Assembly: GCA_047495785.1 (NCBI GenBank)
Contig: JBLDXI010000019.1
Location: 2,666,001 to 2,730,000 of the forward strand
DNA from: Lepidodermella squamata
Lineage: Eukaryota; Animalia; Gastrotricha
Reading direction: 5' to 3'
DNA length: 64,000 nucleotides
The position numbers and the translations under genes are program-made. The notes under the pieces were generated by a model, which ran no database searches, was not told the DNA's origin, and saw only the letters and a list, made by a program, of their open reading frames with translations. This document shows positions 36,601 to 48,572 of this stretch, in pieces; the first letter of the stretch is position 1; each line of letters opens with the position of its first letter.

Positions 36601-37974
36601 AAACTGAAATTGAGGCATAAAATTAAAAAATTATAATGAAGCTTAATGAAGCTTCCTCCTTAAAAAAAGCAACTTAAGGGAAAATAAAATTTGCTCATTC
36701 TTTTCAATGAATGAAACTGCAGCTTTAATACCGGCAAATATTGGAAACTCGGTAGCCATTTTTATCTTTACCACATCTGTAGATAGGAATAAAATTGATT
36801 ACCAACATTTAATTTTTAATTTAATTTTTTTTATTATCGCATCAGCTTTCTGTGACCTAGTTTGCGAATTTTCGAAATGCAGGCTGTTCAGGAAGCGCGC
36901 GTCAACATTTTATTAGGACCCAGATGACCTAGGTCACGCCCTACTTTTCCTCAATGTGTAGTTAAACGAATAAAACGCACAGTTTCCGGTAATAATTTCA
37001 GCCAAAAGATTAGATTATTCCGATGAGCCTCTTTCATGGTACCGGAAACGCACCATAAAAAATAATTAATTACGGAACTCCCCTGACCTATCCTAATTTT
37101 CCCCGGCTCCTAATTTTAATAATCCTCAATGACTCCTAATTTCCTAAAATTTCTACCTAATTAAAGCAGCAAAAAGAAAGAATTCTCTAGAAAAAAAGAA
37201 AAAGAGTAAAAATGTAAGCAGAAAAACAAGAAAAAATCGGATATAGTATGTTCAAAAATCAACAAAAAGATTACTAGTCCTGGCTAAAAAACAGAGGATT
37301 TTTTAGAAAATTTAAAAATGAAAAAAATAAGCGAAATTACCTAGCTGATATTAGGGTTAGAAAAGTTAACAGTATCATCGCCGATGGGATCATGATTTCA
37401 AGCCGCGAGTGTCAACGATCGAAACCTGCATTGTTTGGCACGCAACATTTTTTGCGTTTTAATCGGAATTTTTTTTATTTTTTTCCACGGGTGAATGTTC
37501 TCGAAATGAACCGCAAATCCTCTCGAGAATTATTGGACCGGTGAAATGAAGGTAATGATGGCTCCCACTCATTTATATATACATCAAAGCATTTGTAAAC
37601 CATCGCTGCGCGTTGAAATAATGCTGATTTTTACCTATAAACGCAGCTGGTACAATGTAAATTATCGATATATATACTAAAATAAGGCGCGGGTAAGGTT
37701 ATATTTAGCCGTGTAAACACCGCGGTGTGGGGGAAAAAATAAACATTTATTAACGCACTTAATCGGTTAATTTTCACCGCAAGTGCGATTGTGAAACATC
37801 TGTTGAACAATAATTGGAAACAATATATAACCTTTCAGGTAAAACATAGGCTGTTGATGGTTTCTTCTTCCCGCTGGTGTTGAGTAGAAAGTCCATTGGT
37901 CCCGTCATTGAGCCGACGCCGCTAATAGCAAGAGACGTAAAAAATAGCACATAAAATCCGTGAATAATCGCCAT
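33633..37974 (-). CDS. Divergent pLGIC subunit L4 (464 aa); exons 37974-37832, 36506-35574, 33951-33633
   Basis: Signal-peptide exon joins in frame (phase 2); Cys-loop CMTFSFRNFPFDKLVC; SDR|ASFAMTTVLANSV. Confidence 0.9.
34467..34961 (+). CDS. Secreted Cys-rich + WAP (four-disulfide core) protein (125 aa), nested antisense in L4 intron 2; exons 34467-34590, 34652-34858, 34915-34961
   Basis: Signal peptide; CLRNPC...FCPYATSCVADYCGGC module; KLGQCP...GSCENKCSANWQCPDDKLCCSNGCGTECTDP WAP pattern; TATTTAAA upstream, AATAAA near 35077. Confidence 0.88.
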
Positions 37975-39291
37975 AATTGCTCAATCACGTGACGTAATTA
38001 CTCATCTATGAAAAGAATTAAGGTGGATAAAAAAATCGCATATTTAGGTTAATCTGAGCGATGTTCTGTTTTTAAAAATGCATGTGTCTACGATGAATCA
38101 GCCATAGTCGCGACTCGTGACGCGACGATTGCGCCTGTGGGGCCGATAATTAGCGCGCAAAGCGTTGATGCGGACGCGCTACTTTGCAATTGCGCGCAAT
38201 ATTGAAGCGCGGCTACGCGCAAAATGAGCAGCGCGTCGATAAATAACTGATTAAACGGGTCGTTTTGGTTTGGGAATCAAAACGCTACAAACTGCGTGTT
38301 GTTTCTTGATTGTAATATAAGAAAATTCGATCGAGAAAATTCACAGAAAATGACCAGTTAATAAAATAATTGTTGCGCTTGTCGGTTGAGAAATATGAGG
38401 GACGGTGTCTAGAAGCGTGTAGCTTTTGGTGTTTTATATCCTCGCGCCGAATATTAACAGTTTATCGTACCACGTAAGCGATGATTCATAAAATAATCGA
38501 GAGATATTGTTTAAATACCTCAAAGTACGTAAGTAGCTCAAATAATGTAACAAAAAATCCACCAATTGAGTGCAAAAATTAGTTACAAAGTGCGGCCAAT
38601 TTTTTTCATTTCAGGCAAACGATTATCAAAAAAGGCCTGGGCACGATTTGATTAACCGCGCTAGACCGGTTGAATCCCACGGGTGAAAATCAAGTTTTTG
38701 ATAATACTGATATAACAGTATAGCATGATGAAAAATAAATTCAAAATTTAATTTCCATAAGAATAGAAAAATGCTAGCAGACATGCGATGCGCACGTCTT
38801 CTTTTGAATATCGATTAATTTCCTATTTAAAAATTGCATTTTTTATTTTTATTTTACCTGTTTAACGCGCTGGGAGAACTATAAAGTCGGGAATACAATA
38901 ATATTCGAAGGCCTCGAAAAACAAAAATTTGGGTGACCATTTTGCCACTAATATTTTTGATGGGTTAAATCGGGACATTACCCAGACATGTCTCATCCAA
39001 TTTCGCTTGGCTGATTTCTGAAGATGAACAGATCACGAACTTCCTTAATTCCCTCAAAATTGTGGAAAATTATAATGTTTGCATAAATCATGCTAACAAA
39101 AATTACAAGCTATTATGCACCCTGATGGCCAATCGGAGAGAAATTTTCGAAAATTCTGGTATTTTCTATTCCATCTTATCGATATTTTTCAAATTTTCAC
39201 TGATTTTTGAAACTTCGCTCAATCTCAGAAATGCACTTTTATTTTATTTTTTTTTCAACATTATTTCGCTAAATAACACTAATTCATTCAT

Positions 39292-42200
39292 TTATTCATT
39301 CAGCATAAGGTAGAAGAATATAAAATCAGCAAAAATGACAATAAGCGAGATGACACTGACAACAATAGCGTCGACTATGCGCATCTTCGACGGCTGCTTC
39401 ATGGCGGCCAGCATCACGCCGATGCGGCTCGACCGCCGCTCGCCGCCGTTGTGCCCGTGACCCGCATTCCTGACGCCGCCCACGTTGACCTCGGGGCTTT
39501 TCTCGGCGGCTCGCTGCGCCAGCGGTTTGATGAGGTTGACGAGGGGCACGGCGAATAGCGAGTAGATTGTCAGTATGACTCCAGCAGCGTATTTGACGAT
39601 GATCATAACAACCAAGTAGACGGTTTCTGAGGTTCGAGGTATGCTTGAGAAGACCATGGCTAGCAGGACGGAGTTTGCTAAGACGGTTGTCATCGCGAAA
39701 GATGCTCTGAAAAAACATTGTGTTAAAACATTGGATGAATGAATCATAGAATGAGTCACAAAAGTAGGTGAGCCGAATGCGCCCCCAAAATTTGAGGCGT
39801 GCACGCAGCGTACACTCAGGATTTTTTTATTTTCCAATTTTCGATTCTCATTTTTCTCAACCTATCCCTCATAAAATCAATGGAAAGCGATAAAAATTAA
39901 CCGAAAAAATAAAATAAAATAAGCCTCGCCCACATAATATCTTTCTAGTTTGAAACGTAAACAAAAATCCAAAAAGCCAATGATTGATTAAGATATAAGA
40001 GTTAAATGGTGAGCGCTGCGTAAACCTGAGTGAGTGTAGCAGAATTAGGAGAAGCGCGACGAGTGCTTAAAATCTGTGCGAGTGTAGCACCACCCGGTGT
40101 TATGTAGCAAATATGAAGTACCGTAGCAAAAATCTGAGTGAGCGTAGCAAGTCATTTTAATTACACGTCATTTCAAACATCAATTTAAATTTTATTCAAA
40201 CAAAATTGAATTAGTTATTTTTTGGCTACAACACGACGCGGTTTACTCTCGACCGCGACTTGCTCAGCCGCGGGCTTCCGACCTCGGCGTTTAGGTTGAG
40301 GCTCTACTTCGACCTGTTCGACAGCAGGTTTACGACCTCGGCGCGTTTTTGGCTCAGGCTCAGCTTCAACTTCTTCGACCGCCACCTCGATTTCGACTTG
40401 CTCGGCCGCCGGCTTGCGGCCTCGACGCGTTTTCGGCTGAGGCTCAGGTTCGACTTCTTCGACTGACACCTCGATTTCGGCCGCCGGCTTGCGACCTCGA
40501 CGAGATTTTGGTTGAGGCTCAGCTGCGACCTGTTCGACCGCCACTTCGACATCGACTTGAACCTCAGACGGTTGCCGGTTCAAAGCAGACCGCGTCTCGG
40601 CCGGACGACCTCTCTTACGCTTCTTTTCAACCAGCTGGTTGAGCCGGCCTGTAGCCGGAATGGGCTCCACTTTGAGGTGGATTGACATACCCAGCGAGTG
40701 GCAGCACGTATGCTCCTTGCCATAGACCGAGCAAGAACAACAAAATGAGTGCTGGCATACATCATTTTTTCGGTGAGTTTCACAGTTTCCTGGGCAGACG
40801 AAGTCTATTGAGCGCGTGACATGGATTGTTTTTCGCATAAACGTAGAAAATTCGTCGAAATTGGCCCAATTCATCGATTTTATCTGGCGACGATAACTGT
40901 TGGCTACTTCTTTAGTCATCGGAGAATGATCGGCGTAGAAGACATAGCTGAGGAGCCGGCTGTTCTTGGCCTCGTGGTACTTCACGTCACTGTCATGCCA
41001 CAATATAGCCTCGGCCCAACGCGTGTCGTTGATTTTCGGAACTAACAAAAAGTCTTTCTTATTGATATTTCCCTCGGCACGATCATGGGACCATGAAACC
41101 AGCATTACATCCATTACCAACCGAATGAAATCAGTTATAGGCAATCGCTGCCTGAAAGTAAAATCGCGCTTGATAACTTCATTAATCGCCTCGATTGCGT
41201 TATTTGTAGACGGAAGGCCGCATGCCACACCCTCGTAAAACGGACGTGAAAGAGGATCATTCACGGTGCTCTCAAACCACGTGAGAAAAGCCGCAGTCGC
41301 CGGAAAGAGGCGCCACTTGAGGACAAACAGCTCAACTGCGCGGTCAAAGGCCGCACCCGAGGGGGCCACCTGCAGGGTGCACAAATCTAGGCGAACTTTA
41401 TCCTTAAGCTCTTTAGGAAGTGAAGCCAGCTTCTTGTCGGCGGTCCGCAACACGTGCGCCCAGCAGTTGCCTTGAATCACTTGTCCAAAAACTGTAAGAA
41501 TTGCGTCCGCGATAGCCGCGGCCCCATCGCGCACAGCAAGCGGCGGCGGCGGCATCTCATTACCTGTAATAAATTCAAGATTGAAATTCAACAAAAATTC
41601 GAAATTAAATAATAATTTACCAAAAACGCGTTCGTAGCTCGTCTTAACTGTGCTCAGCAAGTCGATGTAGTCATCAGAAGTTTCACCGGATACGACTGAT
41701 ACCGCCACAGGATGAAAAGTATTGTTTTTATCAGATGTTCCGATAACCAATACAGGATTTCCAAAGTATATCAATTTATAAGTGCCATCTATATGCAGTG
41801 GGCCACCGTGACCAGCCATGCTCAGCAATTGTTTCGTGGTGAAAACAACTCTGAATTCTTGCTTTGATTTTCCGACTCGCGGTTTAACTACGCACCCAAT
41901 AACGAATGATTTATGATCGGTTTCAGGAATGGCCTCGTGATTTTTCGCTAAATCAACAAAATCTTGCAGACACCAGCGATTCGGCCTTGGACCAGCAGGT
42001 TCAAGACTCCTTAGCGCCCATGCCACTTGGCTCTTCTTAATTTTGTAGGCAACAATTTCAGGTTGATTGACGAGGCTGTTTAATTCCGTCCACATTGGCC
42101 CAGGTTTCTTGATGCCTTTGGTCGCTTTCAACTCCTTGATCTTGTTAATTACGCATTCAGGCAAACCTCGACCAGCCCAGTGTTCATGAGTGTGGGGTTT

Positions 42201-45200
42201 CATGTTGGTATAGATCGAAACCTTCACACTATCGTGATGCCGCACCTCGCGAAGTTTGGCGTGGCAAGTAACGGTTTTCTCGCGACCTCGGCCCCCACAT
42301 GGGCAGTAGTAATCGTGGCATTCACCGTCGTTGTTATCGTAGGCCTTGCGTTCGTGTGGCCACTTCTTGTTAGGAATCCTATTAATTTCTAAAAGGATTT
42401 TCAAGACATCATCGGCTTCAGCCTGCGTATCGCACTCCTTTTCCAGATACCAAATTTCTGCTGGCTTCTTCGGCTGAGCAGGCTCCAGTAATTCTTCGTC
42501 AGTAATGCCTTCTTCGCCAGTTTCTACATCGCTTGAACCTACTTCGCCCTCCGATTCCTGAGAATCGCCAGTATAATCGCTTTCATCAGCTTCAACGGAG
42601 CGGAAACTTTCGTCCATAATAAAGCAACTTTTTACCAAATTTAGTTGTGATCGATTTGCTACGTTCACAGTTATTTTTGCGACCGTCGCACCGCCTACTG
42701 CGTCATAGCACGCGTTCAAGCAGCGCATTAGACATACGCGCGACGGATTACGTTTAAGTGCTACTACGCACGCGTTCTTGCTACATTGTTTCGATTTCTG
42801 CTACGTTCACTCTGCAGCGCAACTCACTTTTCTGCTACGCTCGCTCAGCCACCCAAGATATAATACTGATTCACTTTAATTTAAGAATTTCAACTTCAGC
42901 GATTAAAAATCGCAAAATGACTTGAAAGCAGGAAAGAAATAGCTATCCGATAATAAAACTATAAGACGACCTATGAAACGAGTATGAAAGCTGCTGTGGT
43001 TCTATTACCTTTCAGCCCTGGATTTGAGCAAGATTCAAAAAGTAAAGATTATTGATATATAGCCTATATCTTTACCATTGAATTACATTTCATCGATTTA
43101 AAGTGGAATTTTGAAAAGAGAGACATCGAATAAATAGTTGAAAATAATCTATAAGTCTTACCGATCTGACATTTTTGGCGGCATGGCGATGCAGGCGATT
43201 TGCAGGATGAAAGTTCCGTAGGTTGGGAACATGACGCTGGCGATGTAGTACTGGTATTTTCGCCGAAATCGCATCGTGAGGCGCAGATAGACGAATCGCG
43301 AGTTCGACTCGCTCACGTAATTAACTTCGCCAACGAAAGCTCTTTTATACCTTGAAAAAACGAAAAATTACCAGCAGGTCATACGAATTTGTGAAAATAT
43401 GGTGGAACGATTTTGCTGATTGCTGAATGATGATTTCAAGTGATGACTTTCAAAGTTCGAAAACATACAAAACGGAAAATTGTATCAAAAGTGAAATATT
43501 CGGACAGTGAAGGTAAGGTAGACATCAGACATCAAGGGCATCGAATTTTAAACCAAATTACAGCCTAATTAAATAACTCTATTCCGGCTACGTCGAACGA
43601 TAGGCGAGAAAAGTGAAAGAAATGCGAGGAAATACTTGTGCTCAACCAAACGCGTGCGACATACATTTCAGACTTGGGTGCGCCAGAATGAGATGGGTGA
43701 GACCTTGTTGTGTCATTTTCCGGCAAATCAAGCATGCCGTCAATGTCCCAAATATCGGTATCGCCGATGAAGGACCCGCGGGCCGATTTATCGACTCCGA
43801 AATACTCGACTGCGAAATCCAAATGCCGCGTATCCTCACCTGAAAAATGAGAAAAAACTCTAAATTGAATTTTTTAATATACAAATTTTTCAATTTTTCA
43901 ATTTTTCAATGAAGATCAAACTAAAAAATACCGCTAATTTGTAACAGACCGCGATTTTCGTTCACATTATACCTGAATTTCTGAGGAAAGTTTTAAAACG
44001 CAAGGTTTTTGCATATGCAAATGAGCGGCCTAAATTACGCGCTAATTATTTCATACGTAACCAAAAGCCAAACACGTTTCAATTCCCAAAAATCAGGTAT
44101 AAATGGAAAAATTCTGAAAATTTGCAGGAGAATCGAAAATAACCTTGTCTGTTATTGATCAAAATTTGGCGATTTCACGAAAAAAGGCTGCTTTTTTGCT
44201 TCGAAAATTTACAGATATTCCATTCTATCTCAATTCCAATTTTCTCTAAAATAATTATACATTTCTTTCAGTCTTACCTGGAGACAAGCTGATTGTGCAC
44301 GTGAGCGTGTCGAACGGGAAATTTTTAAACGAAAACGTCGTACACATAGTATCGATCCTGCGATACAGGCCCATCGACGCCGTTGGCCCGCCGTGCTCAG
44401 CATCAAACGGGTACAGAAAAATTTTATCGCTCGACGCCTCGAGAGGCCGCGGATTCTTGAAAGCGTTCATGTGGTACAAGTAAGGCTGCCACAGGTGGTT
44501 GGCATTCACTTGAAAGTAGACCTTATCGCGAGCCGATTGAGCCCAAGGACTGCAGAGAACGTTCGACGATGCCTTGAAAGTCTTATCCTCCAACTGCTTG
44601 CATGATTTCAGCTGCGGGCAGGGCAGTTTCCACGAAAAAACGAACAACATAAAGGATGATAGAGTTTTTTCCAGATCGTTGATTTCGATGAAGTGGAACA
44701 ATAGGATAGTTGTATTGACTTTGACCGGCTCTGTGAAGTTGTTGTAGGCCAGAGTTTCGGCTGGGACGTTGAGGGATAGGACTTGTGGGCACCAGTTGAA
44801 GAAGGCCTCTTGCAGGCTGTCGACCGGGCCGAGATTAGCCGGTTTCGTAATGCCAGGCCGGTTGCCTTGTAAGAATCGCGACTTCGGCCTATTATAGCCA
44901 TAATCAGAGGTTTGTTCATTGGGTAAGCTGTTGAACACAACAAACGGTACTACTTTTAAAGCAATACTTTTTGTTAGTAAAAGAGATGGCATGCAGTTCT
45001 GGATTATTATCATCCTCAGGCTGGCATTCTCCAATTTTGCGGAATTTTCGAAATATTATCCAATAATTTCAAATTTAACATTGTTTTTACTGATTTTCAA
45101 GTCGCAATAGCACTAAAAATGGGGACAATTTTTAATTTTTGGAAGGTCAATGTTTACTGCGATTATTTGCCCTAGAAAAAACGTGTGTGCGAACGTTTAG

Positions 45201-46396
45201 GACTGCGCGCTGTCAAAGGGGTAATTTTGAAAAACTTTACACCTGCACAATGTTCAATAAGGTCTCTATTGATTGAATATTGGGGTTTCGCGCGTAAAAA
45301 TTGAGGGAAAAAAGTTTTACACGCACCTTACATTTTGCGCGCAAGTTGAGAGCGCGCGCACTTGCTTCTCAAAATTTAAGATGCGCGTAAAACTTTTTTC
45401 ATTGATTTTTCCACGCGAGAAGATTTGGTAGAGAGCTTTTAGTTTGTTAGATGCGGCCCTGAATATTTTCGACTTGGAGCTCGCATTCATTTTTGCACTT
45501 TCTTTTTCAAGCTAATTTTTTTAAATCGGAAAAATTTGCAAAGAAAATGGTACCTTTCTTCGCTTAATATTAGTCTAATAAAATTATGTTTTTCGAGTAA
45601 GATGTTAAATACCTACATTACGTATCCATCAGATAAATCCCTCTTTCGTTGAGTCGTATGTTTCCCTTTTGTACCGTCATTTTGAGTTATAGCTTGAGTT
45701 AAAACAACCGAAATCACGAGCAATGTGGAGACAGTTAAAAATGTACCCATAACTTCACAATTTCGGCAAAAATATGATGAATCATAAGACTGCTACGGGC
45801 CATGGGCTATTATGGTCAAAATAGAAATAATTACCACAAATATTTACACAAAGATCCTATTTGGCATCAAAACAGGAATCGGCAATGAGGATTTGCCGGA
45901 TTTTATATATCTCATAATTTGATCTCTTAACGAAGGCTAAATGAGTTCTGGATCCATGGGACATAAATTGAAAAAATCCCCAAGTCAAATAGGATTTCGC
46001 TGAGATCTGTTTATGGACCAAGTCATAATTCCCCCTAATTTCCCACTGAGGACAAATTTGGTACATCTATTTCATTGGTAATGAAATTCCAATTACTATA
46101 GGTACTAGAAAATTGCGAAAATAAAAAAAATCATATATAAGAAATTTCCCTGAATTTCATTCAGAATTATCGAGGATTGGATTAAATATTATAATAAAAG
46201 GCATTCAATTTTCTAAATTCTCGAGCTAAATTTACCCGTCTGAAAGGTCCCTGAGATGCGATATCTTGCGGTGGCCTTGGCCAAGGCCTCGGCTTGGCTG
46301 GTTGGTAGCGTTGCTGAAATCGAAGCGAAACAGTAGTAGTAACAATATCGAAAGACTGGTCGAGCAGTGGACGAGAAACAACTCCAACTTCCTCAT
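39292..46396 (-). CDS. Divergent pLGIC subunit L5 (529 aa); exons 46396-46236, 44927-44278, 43839-43665, 43350-43162, 39706-39292
   Basis: All junctions GT-AG and frame-consistent; Cys-loop CTTFSFKNFPFDTLTC; close paralog of L4 and L6. Confidence 0.9.
39999..42854 (-). mobile_element. Apparently intact autonomous Mutator (MULE) DNA transposon, 2856 bp, in the last intron of L5
   Basis: Perfect 9-bp TSD AAGATATAA (39990-39998, 42855-42863); G...C ends; inverted subterminal arrays of (GAGC/T)GTAGCA; contains a transposase ORF. Confidence 0.92.
40215..42728 (-). CDS. MULE transposase with SWIM zinc finger and C-terminal RRGRKP repeats; probable in-frame 57-nt intron 41620-41564; start may be 42728 or a downstream Met (MDESF)
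   Basis: LHIDGTYKL (D), VRDG (D), CWAH, STNNAIE (E), CSC-x8-CCH SWIM, AT-hook-like repeats; uninterrupted frame. Confidence 0.93.
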   Translation of the reverse strand: MRCLNACYDAVGGATVAKITVNVANRSQLNLVKSCFIMDESFRSVEADESDYTGDSQESEGEVGSSDVETGEEGITDEELLEPAQPKKPAEIWYLEKECDTQAEADDVLKILLEINRIPNKKWPHERKAYDNNDGECHDYYCPCGGRGREKTVTCHAKLREVRHHDSVKVSIYTNMKPHTHEHWAGRGLPECVINKIKELKATKGIKKPGPMWTELNSLVNQPEIVAYKIKKSQVAWALRSLEPAGPRPNRWCLQDFVDLAKNHEAIPETDHKSFVIGCVVKPRVGKSKQEFRVVFTTKQLLSMAGHGGPLHIDGTYKLIYFGNPVLVIGTSDKNNTFHPVAVSVVSGETSDDYIDLLSTVKTSYERVFGKLLFNFEFLLNFNLEFITGNEMPPPPLAVRDGAAAIADAILTVFGQVIQGNCWAHVLRTADKKLASLPKELKDKVRLDLCTLQVAPSGAAFDRAVELFVLKWRLFPATAAFLTWFESTVNDPLSRPFYEGVACGLPSTNNAIEAINEVIKRDFTFRQRLPITDFIRLVMDVMLVSWSHDRAEGNINKKDFLLVPKINDTRWAEAILWHDSDVKYHEAKNSRLLSYVFYADHSPMTKEVANSYRRQIKSMNWANFDEFSTFMRKTIHVTRSIDFVCPGNCETHRKNDVCQHSFCCSCSVYGKEHTCCHSLGMSIHLKVEPIPATGRLNQLVEKKRKRGRPAETRSALNRQPSEVQVDVEVAVEQVAAEPQPKSRRGRKPAAEIEVSVEEVEPEPQPKTRRGRKPAAEQVEIEVAVEEVEAEPEPKTRRGRKPAVEQVEVEPQPKRRGRKPAAEQVAVESKPRRVVAKK
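45287..45419. repeat. Hairpin-type inverted repeat (~50-bp arms), likely MITE, in L5 intron 1
   Basis: CGCGTAAAAATTGAGGGAAAAAAGTTTTACACGCACCTTACATTTTG versus CAAAATTTAAGATGCGCGTAAAACTTTTTTCATTGATTTTTCCACGCG. Confidence 0.65.
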
Positions 46397-48572
46397 ATCA
46401 CATCGATAAAGCCATCATTCTATATAGGCTGTATATAAAACGACGTCGCATATTGAAAAAATTGCAACTAAATTTCACCTAATAAATCCTATTAAAAATA
46501 GAAAAATAATCATAGATCAGACAGTGCGAAATTTTTTCGCTTTTATCATTTCGTAAGCCTGAAATATGATGAAGAAAAAAAATGATTTTTTTTTATCTAT
46601 TATAATGATGATGAGGTTAGGCGAGGATGAGTAATTGAGAGGCAATGGATCGGAAGCGATCTACTCATTTCACGCTAAAAAAGCAAATACATTTGTGTTT
46701 TACTAAATCAAGGGGCGGTTCCTTTTTGTGTACTATATTAAATAATAATACATGTTGAACAGGACTGGGTGCTATTCGCTCCATCATCATCTCTGCAGTG
46801 TTATAGGTGATGTTTAGCTGATGTTGATTCATACGCGGAAAAACAATCATCATCATCAGACCACGATCGCGTCTTGAGGCCGCGGGCGCGTGTTCTTTAC
46901 CGCGTAATTAGGTCAGCACGTTGTGAAATTTGATAAAGGACTGCCCGCGTCCGAATTTAATTCAATAAAATAAGCTTGTGCTGCGAGACAAGTGATGACC
47001 AAAGCTAATGAGCTAACCACGATTTAAATCGTGTTGAAAAATTAATTAATAACATATTTTCCTATTTTTTTCATAAAGAGATTTCCCTTAGCCCAAATTC
47101 AGATGAGACTCCAAAAATCCTACTATATAGTATGTCCATACACCGGTGATGTGCAACTTATCGGCTTGATGGTGGCAAATTTGACGATAAATTGGCCGCA
47201 TACAGGAGAAAAGCAGTATAGTGATGATATATATCTTAGCCAATCGATTGGCAGCTATACAGTATAATGTAAAATTGAAACAATTATATTACTTATTTGA
47301 GAAGAAGTACGCCAAAGCAAAAGGTACAAAATTGAATATCTGACGCGTCTTCATTACTGCCTGTCCCCTTTTTGCGACTGAATTTGGTACCTTTCCTTGG
47401 CGGGCAACTTCAACTAAAAAAATGCAAGTGGTCAGATTTAGGCTCTTTACTCATGCAAATAAAATAGGACAAAACAAAAATAGGAATCATGTATCTGAAA
47501 CCAGAAAGTAAATTTCCCATTCGATCTTTTGATTTCAGAAACAGTTGTTAATATTTACGATTCTTACAAATGCAACTATGTCTCGACTTAGTTTGTATAT
47601 GGCACAGAATATACCTACATGGAATATAAAATATTTACAATTGCTGAGTACCTGGAAGAAGTAGGATCCTCGAGGTGTGGGGTACGTTTGGGGTTTTCCA
47701 GCCCGGAAGTTATCCTGTGGTTTTTGGGGGTTTCTGGCCTAGACCTCTCTAACGGTACTTCTTACACAAATATTGAGAATAATCAGTTAATTATCTTAAT
47801 TAACAGAAGACCGAATAAGTTTCAGGGTGTTCAAAATAGATTACTAAAAAATGATGATGATAAAGAACCTTATTACCCACCAATTGGTATTTATTGGCAC
47901 GAATTTCCTTTCCAGGTGATTAAAAGCTTCAATTTTTAGGAGACGCCCAGGTCCCACTTCAGTCTCCAAAAGTCGGTCACTTGGTGTCGTAAAAATAATT
48001 AGAAAATTTTGCCTATGATAACTATGATAACTGCTGAAATATTTCAATTGCCAATCACAAATATAGCAAATATAGAGTAATATGTAAAATTACATAAAGT
48101 CCTAGATCGTTGATACGAAGGACGTTCAACTTCGAACTCGAAATTCCAGTGTCGATAAATACTATACTTACATTTACAACACTAAAACTGCGATTATTTC
48201 TATTTTCGTTAATGGCTTCAGAATATTCAACTCAAGTTTTATAATAGAAGAGAAAGATTTGCACTCAACGCCAAAAATTGACTGAAAAATAATGAGCGTC
48301 TAAAAAAATCTCGCGCACCTGCCTTACTGACCAGGTGAAATGACGATTTTACGTGATTGCCTACCGTCGAAAAATTCAAACTGAGTTGCCGGTGTCGTTA
48401 AATCAGGCCAAGCCGATCTGAACATTTTTTGTTATTCAATAAAAATTACTTCTCTCTTTTTTGCTTAATTTATTTTATCGAAAAATATTGTTATTCGTAT
48501 TATTTCGAAATTTTGAAAAATCTAATAAAAAATGATAAAAATACAACGAAACATGCAATTTAGCAACCGATA

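Noticed and set aside
44928-45034. ORF-track N-termini of L4, L5, L6 and read-through tails after SDR/ADR
   Set aside because: Intronic; frame-consistent splice sites and separate signal-peptide exons explain them.
18170-46920. Scattered AGGTCA/TGACCT nuclear-receptor half-sites, including TGACCTAGGTCA near 36925
   Set aside because: Count is not clearly above chance for a 6-7-mer in 64 kb.
47619-47939. 106-aa ATG ORF between L6 and L5
   Set aside because: No recognisable motif, paralog or splice support.
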